Of a DNA stretch of 64,000 nucleotides, positions 53,822-64,000 are shown piece by piece. The stretch covers positions 163,628 through 227,627 of the forward strand of contig JAANOX010000029.1 in the NCBI GenBank assembly GCA_020184695.1, read 5' to 3'. The stretch is from Histomonas meleagridis 2922-C6/04-290x. Taxonomy: Eukaryota; Protista; Parabasalia. A program made the position numbers and the translations under genes. The notes under the pieces were generated by a model. It saw nothing but the letters and a program-made list of their open reading frames with translations, was not told the DNA's origin and searched no databases. Numbering within the stretch: position 1 is the first letter of the stretch; every line of letters starts with the position of its first letter.

Positions 53822-55029
53822 AAGTATTCTTCAATAAGTTTCCCACGTAAAGCTATCAAATAACTTCCGCAGACAAGGAACATGCTGGCGACAAAAACAA
53901 CAATAAAAAGAAGGCAGGAAATAGCAAAATGGATATACCTAGGGTATTCAGATATGGACATCCAACGGATGACTGGTCATGACCACAAGACTGTAAAATT
54001 GGTTCGAAAAATGATTAAAGATGGGGAAGACATTTGCTTTCAAAAAACAAAACTTGGAGCCCCGACAAAAATTACGACAGAACTCCTGGAATTTGTTGAT
54101 GATATGACGAAAGAAAATCGACGATTATCAAATCTTTCGTTATCAGTCTTTGCTAACCAATCTGAAAAATTCAACAACATTATAAGCGAATCTACCATCA
54201 TGATAGCGAGAGAAATTCTAGAATATCGATTCAGCTACCCATTGATTTCATTTGCACTTACTGAGAAACAGAAAAGCGACCGTTTATTGTTTGCACAAAA
54301 GCATTTGCAGCTTGGAACCGACTGGACAAAAGTGCTGTTCACAGATGAAAGCTACTTTTGGCTCAACGAGGATCATCGACCTCTTTATCGAGAAAAAGGC
54401 GAGAAATGTCCTGAAGTTATAGTTAGTGAAAAAAAATTCCCAGATAAGGTTTTGGTGTTTGGTGGGATGTCTTCCCAAGTCAAAACAAACCTCATCATTA
54501 TTGAAAGAGGGACCATTGACCATGTTTCCTATGTAGACGAACTGATAAATGGAAGCGGTTTGATACCGCATATGAATGAAGTCTATGGAATCATGGGTTG
54601 GATTTTAATGCAAGATGGAGCAACCGCTCATACTTGCAGAGAAACTATAGATTACTTAAGAATGTACGTTAACATTCTAGAAGACTGGCCTACAATGAGC
54701 CCAGATCTCAATCCAATTGAGAATCTATGGGCGATTATGAAAAGAAAAGTTTATGAACTTAGACCGAAAACCATTTGTGAGCTCTGTGCTGCGATATTCG
54801 AAGTCTGGAAAAGCATCTCCCCTGAAATGCTTCAAAATCTTGCAAACTCTATGCAAGACAGACTGCAACAAGTTATTCGCAATAATGAAAATCATACCAA
54901 CTACTAAAAAAAACAAATAAATTTTGAATTCTTCAATAAATTTCCCAAACAATAGAACTTTTTAATAGAAGTGCGAGGGTTATTGGCCTAAAAAAGTGTA
55001 TCGTTCGGGAAACTTATTGAAGAATACTT
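53822..55029 (+). mobile_element. IS630-Tc1-mariner DNA transposon, 1208 bp, perfect 23-bp TIRs, TA target duplication
   Basis: AAGTATTCTTCAATAAGTTTCCC at 53822-53844 and its reverse complement at 55007-55029, each flanked by TA (53820-21, 55030-31). Confidence 0.92.
53882..54907 (+). CDS. Tc1-type DD34E transposase, intact ORF
   Basis: HTH N-terminus; VLFTDES, LMQDGATAH, WPTMSPDLNPIENLW; 34 residues between second D and E. Confidence 0.92.
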   Translation: MLATKTTIKRRQEIAKWIYLGYSDMDIQRMTGHDHKTVKLVRKMIKDGEDICFQKTKLGAPTKITTELLEFVDDMTKENRRLSNLSLSVFANQSEKFNNIISESTIMIAREILEYRFSYPLISFALTEKQKSDRLLFAQKHLQLGTDWTKVLFTDESYFWLNEDHRPLYREKGEKCPEVIVSEKKFPDKVLVFGGMSSQVKTNLIIIERGTIDHVSYVDELINGSGLIPHMNEVYGIMGWILMQDGATAHTCRETIDYLRMYVNILEDWPTMSPDLNPIENLWAIMKRKVYELRPKTICELCAAIFEVWKSISPEMLQNLANSMQDRLQQVIRNNENHTNY

Positions 55030-56291
55030 TAATTTCTGAATTTTCAATTACTTAATAGATCGAGATATTATTCTTAGTTTTATTAATCATGAATGCACAA
55101 TGTATTTATATATTATATATTCATAAATATCAAGGTTGTAGGAAGATCGCTATATACGATTATAATCTGATTATAAGTTATTGATATCATTTTACATGTT
55201 CAAGCGGTTCGAAGTCAAATTTGAATGAGTGGACGTATAAAAATCACGCAATCAGCTCGTATCGTTCTCAGAGACAATTTCAGAATAAAGCTTGCTCAAG
55301 AAACGGTGATATCGAATCAAATTCGGAAAAATAGAGAAATCAACATCATAACATTAGATGTCAAATAAATTGAAAAATGTAATATATTTGAAATTTGAAA
55401 GCACATAAGTAATATGAGATAAAAGGAATCGATAAATGTATTTCAAGTTAGTATTTTAAAGATAATTTGCAAATTGCATTTGTATAGATATTTAATCGAT
55501 AAAATTGAACATTTTGCTAATATAGGGTAATGAAAATAAATAAAAAAATCATCAAATAAATTCAATGATCAAAAATCGGTTTTTTCAGAAAAAAAATCAT
55601 AGTCGTTTCAAGATATTTCAAGAATATGTACTTACACAGAAACTATTTTATCGATAATAAATTATTAATCAGGTTAGATAAGTAAATCATTAAGGTATTA
55701 CAAAAATTATCACATCATTCATTTTTTTAATAAATCCATAAATTCAAGAAAATCAAGATTTCATATAATTATTTGGAATAAATAACAAATCAGGATTCTA
55801 TGATGAAATATCAATATTTTTATTCTTTAACGAACCAAGAATTTTAATTTGGATGTTCCCAAATTACAATGATGTAGATAAATAACGTATCTTTCCGAGG
55901 AAAGGGTAAAATTTTGATAATATTTACCATCATTCAAATTTGCTTTTATCGTCACTAATCGTTACTGCTATCGTTTGATATAAATCATGCAAAAGTCGAT
56001 TTTTGTCACTTTTAAAATGAAAGAATAGATTTATCTCGTGATAATTATGATATTATATTTAGATTTGTATTAATCATAGATGCAACTATGCATATATATT
56101 ATATATTCATGATATCAATATCGTAGGATGATCGCTATTTACGATGGGTGGAAATCATAAGTCGAGTTTAATATATAGGAAATAGTAAAAAACCGCTGTA
56201 ATCGGCCGAATATGCATTCAAAAAGTTTGATGGTGATGGAATTAGAATGGGACCGTTAATAATCTGAACAAACGGACGACTTATTTAGGAA

Positions 56292-56948
56292 ATGAGCCGT
56301 GTAAATTCTTCTTATAATAAAAAGCTTGACGAAGAATTCCCTTCTTTTTCGTCGCTTCCAAAGCGTAACCAACACCCTAATAATGTTACGCATCCACCAC
56401 CTTCTGCTTCCTCAGCTCCTGTTTCAAATCAACCAGAATCAATAAAGAAACCAATACCACAGCCAACTTTGTTTCAGCAATTAAATGCTTTTGGTATAAA
56501 ATCACCAGAAGCAATTTTTCAATCAGATCTCAGTCAACAAGATTTTGCTTATGCCCTTTCTTCTTCACAAAATCTTATACCAGACCCTCCTTATGACATG
56601 ATGCCAACGGTAGATTCTAATAATTCACATCCAAATGGTTATCCACAGAAACCACTACAACAGCTTCTTCAACCAGAAACAATGCGAAAATATGATTTAT
56701 CAACATTGTTTTTCATATTCTATTACACAAAGAGTTCTATAACCAGATATTTCGCAGGAAAAGAGTTAAAAAGAAGAGATTGGTTATTTGATACAAATTT
56801 GCAGATTTGGTTACGGAAAGCTGCAGAACCGACAGAAAAAACATCAGAGTATGAGCTAGGCAAGTTTGAATACTTCGATCCAAATGACAGATGGGAGATT
56901 CAAACTCGGAATCAGTATAAACTCATATATAATGATATTAGTAATTAA
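56292..56948 (+). CDS. NOT2/NOT3/NOT5 C-terminal (NOT-box) domain protein, CCR4-NOT complex
   Basis: KYDLSTLFFIFYY...RYFAGKELKRRDWLF...W...GKFEYFDP...WE. Confidence 0.85.
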   Translation: MSRVNSSYNKKLDEEFPSFSSLPKRNQHPNNVTHPPPSASSAPVSNQPESIKKPIPQPTLFQQLNAFGIKSPEAIFQSDLSQQDFAYALSSSQNLIPDPPYDMMPTVDSNNSHPNGYPQKPLQQLLQPETMRKYDLSTLFFIFYYTKSSITRYFAGKELKRRDWLFDTNLQIWLRKAAEPTEKTSEYELGKFEYFDPNDRWEIQTRNQYKLIYNDISN

Positions 56949-57148
56949 AAAATAAAAACAAAAATAAGCAAAAAATACCTATTTATTCACTTTGAAATTT
57001 GATATAATTTTTGAGTCAACTAAAATATGAGAAAAATGAAAATTAAACAGTAATAAATTTTTTTAAGTTAATGAGAAAAACAAAAAAGATCATCACATGA
57101 AAATAAAGCTATAATATATTTTATTTTTTTGAATTTAAGATAACAAGA

Positions 57149-57221
57149 ACCTCCGTAGCTCAACGGTTAGAGCATAGGACTTTTAATCCTGGGGTTGCGG
57201 GTTCGAATCCCGTCGAAGGTG
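57149..57221 (+). tRNA. tRNA-Lys(UUU)
   Basis: Cloverleaf: acceptor ACCTCCG/CGAAGGT (one C-A mismatch), D-arm GCTC/GAGC, anticodon arm TAGGA-CTTTTAA-TCCTG, T-arm GCGGG-TTCGAAT-CCCGT; followed by T-run. Confidence 0.9.
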
Positions 57222-57224
57222 AAT

Positions 57225-60200
57225 TTTTTTTGTTTTTTTGATGGAGAGTTCTATTTTTGCTGAGAATTCGCCTTTAGCTCCGTTACAGGGAGAGGAATCG
57301 AATGATACCCTTTTCTCAAAATTCGAATTTTCATCAGATAGATTATTTGGAAATTCAAAACTTCAGACGAACAATTTTACAGGAATAGAGGGTCATACAT
57401 CTGAATTACGATCAACAAGAAACGAATCTTTAATTACGAATAATTATGAAGATATTTACATTTTAAAGTTCGACCATGTACTACAAGATAAGATTAATAT
57501 ATGGGATATTAATGAAAATTATTATAGAGATAACAAAGAAATTATTACAGATCGAACATTACAAAACTTTTTACAAAATTATATAATTAATAAAGATTTT
57601 CCCAACAAAGAAGAAATTAAAAGAACTATTATCAAAGCAATCAAGAAACAAATACCAAAGCCTAACATTTGGTTACAGCAAAATTTATTATTAATTCATA
57701 ATTTTTTAAATTTCCCAATTTCTCAATTATTCAAATTAAATGAGTTTCGTGAAATTCCATTACTCGAACCATTTTGTTGTTCATTAGTTCCAGAATGTAA
57801 TTTTTTCACAAAAGATTTTCAAATACTATCAAAACATTTATCAGAAGAACATGATATTGACCCTAATCAAGAATTACTCTTTCACGAAAGAATCATACAA
57901 AGATTATTGACTAAAAACAAATATATTATAAAATCAAAAAATTATAAAAGATTCTGTCCGTTTCCAAATTGTTATAAAATTATTTCTAACAATTTTGAAT
58001 TAATCAACCATATAAATCAAGACCACAGTTCAGAAATAATTATAAATTCTTTACAAACCGTCGGGTTATTTTGGACGTTAATCTTTTCATGGACAAAAAC
58101 TTACGGAAAATTACCGACAGCATTAAATTTATTAAAAACACAAGTTGATTTTTGGAATATTCAATAATATTAATCCAGATGCTTTGGAGAGAAATTTATT
58201 TAATTAATGAACATTATGAAAACAAAGATTTTACTGAAATTGATTTACCATATTGGATATTAATCATCGAACAAAATAACATCAATATTGAGATCCCGAA
58301 TATATGTTCTTATCGAGGTTTAATTTTACCACCAGATACTTTTCGAATTATAAATAAAACATTATCAATCAGACCTGACACATTACAATTCTTAAATAAC
58401 AAAATTAGACTAAATAAAAACATTTCTCATGTTACACAAGTTAAACAATATCCAATTAATGTTCCTAATTTCTCTATTACACAGAAAAACATAAATTGTG
58501 ATTTACCAGTAGTAAAAGTTAAAGAAAAAATTATTGATATTCCAGACTTCAAAATCAATAATGAAGAAATTAATGTCGTTATACCTTATTACAATAAAGA
58601 AGACAAGTTAATTACAATTCCTAATTTTAAAATTAATAAAGAAAATTATTTAATACCAATTCCTAAATTTAAGAAAAAATTGGTACCTATTAAAATACCA
58701 GAGTATGAGAAACAAACAGAAAATTTTATAATTCCAATACCTAATTATCAACAAGAAGATTTCAAAATAGACATACCGAATTACCAACAAAATTTACAAA
58801 ATTATACAATACCAATACCTCAATACAACCAAGAAAAACTTTTTTAGTTAATATTCCAAATTATCAAAATCAAATACAAAACATTAATATTCCAATACCA
58901 AACTATCAAAATCAAGTACAAAATATTAATATTCCTATTCCGTATTACAATGAAGGAATTGTATACCATTTAATATTCCACAGATTAAAGTTAATGAACA
59001 AATTATAGAAATACCAAAAATTAAATTTGTAGAAAAAGATATCAATTTTCCAACACCAAACTATAATTTACCCAATATTAATATCAATATAAATCTAAAT
59101 AATAACGAAACTCAAAATCAAAATAACAATGATAATCAAAATCAACTAAACTCAAATATTACAACCTTAGGATTCAATAACAATAATATTCCACAAGAAA
59201 ATCAAAATCAAATCAATAACATCAATTTAAATAATAATAATAATAATAATCACAATAATGGAAATAATAATAATATTAATGATGAAGAAGATTTAACACC
59301 AGAAAATTTATTAAATGATATTAGAAATGCGAATACTAAAGAAGAAATTAAATTAGTAATTAATAAATGGAAGAATAAAGATTTAAACGAGAACTTATTC
59401 ATGTGCAATAATAATAGATTTAAAATACCAATTTTAAATATTATAGCATTCGAAAAAAGTTGGCCAGGTGTAGGACCTTTTGTATGTACACAAGGAGATG
59501 GAGAAGCATTTACATGTGTACCTCATTTGAAATATCATGAGAAACAAATACATAATAAAACATTTCCAGGTTGTACAATGTTAGAATTTCTAAACTTTTT
59601 AAGTTTAAAAGATAATTATTGGGAACAAGTTAATTTACAAGACCAACATCAAAGTTATCATAAGAATCTTTATTTTTGCTTCTGTCCAAATTGTGATTAT
59701 TTTACTATTATGAATCAGGGTTCATTTTCTTCACATATGAAAACCAAACACAAATATATAGTTGATAAAAAATCAGAAATAGGATGGATTTGGGCGACTA
59801 TTAAATATTGGATAAATCAAGTTAATAGAACACCAAATATTAAAGAATTAATGAAAAAAAGAAATGGTTTATAATGTGGTTATTGTAAAAAGACAATTAC
59901 AGCTAATGAAGGAAATATAAAATTACATGCATTTTCAATGCATAGTGATTCAAGAATAAAAGGTACAATTATTACAAAACAAAAGATTAAAATTAAATCC
60001 ACAATATTTAGAATCCTGTTACAAGAACAAATTGATGAGATTGAAAATGAAATTAAAGTTCAAGAACAATTAACAGATGATAACAATAATAATCACTTCA
60101 ATGATAGAAATATTATTATTAATCAACAAAATAATGGAGAAATTAATAGAAATAATAATATTATTATACAAAATCAAGATCAAAGAGTCATTCAACAAGA

Positions 60201-63200
60201 ACAACCAAATAATCAAGAAGTACAACAAAATAATAATCTAGAACAACAACGAGAAGAACAACTAAATAATAATCAAGAAGAACAACAAAATAATAATCAG
60301 GAACAACAACAAGTAGAAAATATAAGAATGACTCAAGAAGAACAACAAATTATTTTAGAAGAAAGAAATAATTTATTAATAAAATGTAGAAAATGGTTAA
60401 ATAGGGTAGAAATAGAAGAACAAAATGAGATTCATTTACCTAAACTTACTAAAAACTTTAGACAAAAACTTATTTATCCCAATCAAAGAATGTATGAAAA
60501 ATAAAATAATTCCAATATTAAAGAAATGTTTACCAATAAATGAAAGTGAAACAGAATGGATAATCTTTGAAGGAGGATTAGCCAAAATGAATTTATTAAT
60601 TAGAAAAACTATTAGAAAAACTTTACATATTCCTTTAGAAAAGATGTTAGATAAATCTATCAAGAAGAATAAAATCACAGATAGAAAAAAAGATACAATT
60701 AGAAGACAAAACAATATAATTAGAAATTTATCAGAAATTACTAGTTATATTAAAAGGATTATAGAATTAAAAGATAAAACACCTACACAAACTATATTAA
60801 ATACTATTTCAAGTATTGAAATAGAAATAGTAAATATTTTAAAGAATACTAATAATGATATATTAAATAAAATAATTGGAGGAAATAACATTGAATATAT
60901 TCGAAACATTATTAATGATAATCCAGAACATAGAGAAAATAGATTAAATTATATTTCAGCTACATTAGAAAATATTCAACAAGATAATATGAATATTATA
61001 TCAAAGAAATATAAAAATATAACTCAAAACATGTATCGAGAAGATCCAGTTAGAGCTATCAGATGGTATATATTAAATGATCCTATACCAGAATGTGATT
61101 TAAATATAGAAGAAGTTGGGAATTATTATAAAATACAATTTGAGAAAATTGCGAATTTTGAATAACCAAAAGAAAATAGTTTATGGGACTTAAAAGAAAT
61201 GATTGACGAATAAAATAGAGATTTTTTATTAAATAATCTATTAGATAAGGATTTAATTAGAAATTCAATAAGATCAAGATCAAATATGGCTGCTAATGGT
61301 CCAGATGGAATTGGAAATCCTATATGGAAAATAGATATTAAATCAACTACTAAAATTATTAAAATGATTAATGAACAAATAATTAAATTCGGAAAATTTC
61401 CACAAACTTTAAAGAATTCGAAAACAATATTATTATATAAAAAAGGTGATCCAAAAGAAATTAAATCTTGGAGACCTATATCAATATCAAATACATTGTA
61501 TAGAATTGTAATGTGTCAGATATCAAAGATTATCCAAATTATAAATCAAAATTGTAACTTCATTAATCATGTACAAAAAGGATTTAAAGCTGGTATTAAT
61601 GGTATTTCAGAACATATAGCAACTATAAATGAATTAATTTCTGAAGCTAAAAGAAATAAATCTTCAATCATTATTACTACACTAGATTTTTACTAATGCT
61701 TTTGGGTCTGTTCCTCAGAAAGCTATTTTATGCAGTTTAAAGAAAAGAGGATTCCCAACGAAATTTATAGAAGCAATTAAAGACTTATATGATAATTCTT
61801 ATACTACTATCAAAGTTGGAAATAAAAAAACTGAACAAATTAAAATAAATAGAGGTGTAAGACAAGGATGTCCTTTATCACCTTTATTATTTAATTTATG
61901 CTTAGAACCTTTATTAAAGAAAATCCAGATTAAACATAAACTAGATGGTGTTCCAATTAATACAAATGATAATGAGGTAATATATTTTAATATTCAAGCT
62001 TATGCTGATGATATAGTCTTGATTTCTCAAACCCCTGAAGGTATGCAAAACATGTTAAATACAGTAGAAAAGTTCTGTAAGAAGAATGATATGTCAATGG
62101 CTCCACAAAAATGTAAAACTTTAAGTTATATTAAAGAAAATAATCGAAGAGTTACATTAAATTATAAATTACAAATTCAGAATGAAAATATTCCTAATTT
62201 ACCTTTATTAGAAGCTTTAGAATATTTAGGTTCATCTGCAGTAATTAAATAAAAAGGTAGTTTTGATCATACTAATATTAGATTATATAAAAATTAAAAA
62301 TGAAATCATTAAAATTATGAAATCCTCATTAAAATTTAATCAAAAGATAGATGTGATAAAAAGAATGATTCTTCCTGAAATAGATTTCGAATTATTAAAT
62401 GGTTATTGTTCAGAGAAAGAATTAAATAATATTGATACAATGATTAAGAAATTAATTATGAAGGATTGTAAAACTAATAGTTTACCTAAAGAATTATTTT
62501 ATACTAAATGGAGTGATGGAGGTTTAGGATTACCAAAATTATGGGAAAGAGCTAAAACTTTACAAATTAAGAACTTCCTAAATATTATAAAATCTTTTGA
62601 TCCAAATTCTAGGAAATTATTCAGACAATCTTTTATTAATGAAATAGATTATAGAAAGATCGAAAAAGATTACAATTCACCCTATTTAAATATTCCAGTT
62701 GATGAGAATAATATAATTACACAAATTAGTCAAAGCAGAACAAATTGTTTATTCTCAAGGACAATTAAATCTTTAGCCAAATTAAAAATTGGTATGAAGA
62801 TGAACTTTAATAAAGAAACTGCTAAAATATGGGACAATAATTCAAATGATATTAATAAAATAATAGTTGATGAAACAAATATATTAAAAGAATTAAATAA
62901 TATTATTAAAAACAGACATGGAGAAAAATTAAGAGCAAAACCTATCAAAGGTCACACATTTAACACATTACAAAATTCTCCGTTATCCAATTTCTTCATT
63001 GGGAATTATAAAGCTCCAACTGCTGACTCTATTATACATTTCGCCGTAGTTTCAAGAACAAATAATTTGCCTACAGGCGAAATTTTGTATAAAAATGGAA
63101 TCGGCGATGGAATTTGTCATAAATGTAATAACAATTACAATGATTCCCTCATGCACAGATTAAATGGTTGTATTAATTTAAGAAATAAATATACTATTCG

Positions 63201-63983
63201 ACATAATGCAATCATTAAAGAAGTATTAAAAGAAATTAAACCAAATAATAATATTATATTTAATTATGATAGGCCAATCAGTAAAAGAAATATAAGATTA
63301 GAAGGAAACTCCAGAAATCTTAAACCGGATGTATGGTGGTTTTCCAGTAATTATCAAAATCTTAAAATTATTGAAGTAACGTCACCATATGGTCAATTAA
63401 CTGACGACCCAAATAGTAATGAAAGAAAATCAACTTTAGAGTTAAGAAGAATAGAGAAGATTAACAAGTATAGACAACTAATTGAAGATTGTAGGAATAC
63501 ATTTAACGTCCAAGTGGAATTTTATGTTATAGTAGTATCCTCGTTAGGTGCAATTCCTGAAGAAACAATTCATGAATTAAAACTATTATATAATAATGAA
63601 AGAACAGCGAGATTAGTAGCAAAAAGATGTTCAGTAGCCGCTTTAAGAGAATCTATGTTGTTATTATATAAGAGTTTTAAAGAGTATAACGTACTACAAA
63701 ATAATAATGATACTACTATTAACATTCAGCCAACATCATCAAATGAAGAAGATTCAATCGATGATTTACAAGAAGATGTTGGTGTAAATCAAGAAGAACT
63801 TGTTGACGAAAATGTTGAGGATGGGTTAGGGCATCCCCAACATGACGATCAATAAAGTCCTTAAAAAAAACCGACGAGATTTGGTTTATGAATAAAACAA
63901 GAGTCAAAGTGAAGTAGAATAAGGCGGTCGCGTCTATAATTAAAGATAATATCACTAATAACATACGATAATGAATAAACAAG
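57225..63983 (+). mobile_element. RLE-type (R2/NeSL/CRE-like) non-LTR retrotransposon inserted at the tRNA-Lys 3' end, with disrupted ORF
   Basis: RT motifs GPDGI, WRPIS, QKGF, DF(T)NAFGSV, GVRQGCPLSPLLF, AYADD (62001-62012); CCHC CHKC...HRLNGC, RHNAI, KPDVW, IIEVT, K..KY endonuclease; flanked by direct repeat TCCCGTCGAAGGTGAAT (57208-57224, 63984-64000). Confidence 0.92.
57241..63855 (+). pseudogene. fragmented single retrotransposon polyprotein (zinc fingers, IPxY repeats, RT, RLE)
   Basis: ORF-track pieces 57238-58167, 58152-58847, 59401-59874, 59938-60504, 60425-61165, 61286-61696, 62019-62252, 62263-63855 join via frameshifts and in-frame TAA stops. Confidence 0.85.
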
Positions 63984-64000
63984 TCCCGTCGAAGGTGAAT

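Noticed and set aside
59872-61212. TAA reassigned to a sense codon (several in-frame TAA in the retroelement)
   Set aside because: Conserved host genes here (RPL39, UBC4, IMP3, clathrin light chain) end at TAA at the expected positions; nonsense mutation is simpler.

Overview
AT-rich, essentially intronless eukaryotic genomic DNA with parabasalid (trichomonad, probably Tritrichomonas-like) character. Supporting signs are TCA initiator-like sites just before ATGs, AAAGTGAC (M2-like) motifs, stops embedded in TAAA, BspA-type LRR remnants, EQEGIDINAKD-type ankyrin repeats and a Tim17-family gene. The taxonomic call is inference. About 35 housekeeping, lineage-specific or bacterial-like genes are present, including CDK, UBC4, IMP3, RPL39, clathrin light chain, tectonic, a GAF-PDE and NOT2/3/5. 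There is also a tRNA-Lys(UUU), an intact Tc1-type DD34E transposon, a 31-bp minisatellite and a ~6.8 kb RLE-type non-LTR retrotransposon that duplicates the 3' end of the tRNA as its target site. The most unusual signal is an ankyrin-repeat gene at 26528-27867. Each 90-nt ankyrin module in it is separated from the next by a frame-breaking AT-rich spacer of exactly 80 nt, giving seven spacers and a 170-nt period. The spacers lack GT-AG and trichomonad branch-point signals, and the same architecture recurs at two other loci in the window (25655-25872 and 52942-53500). This suggests an undescribed length-constrained non-canonical intron, recoding or cassette system.
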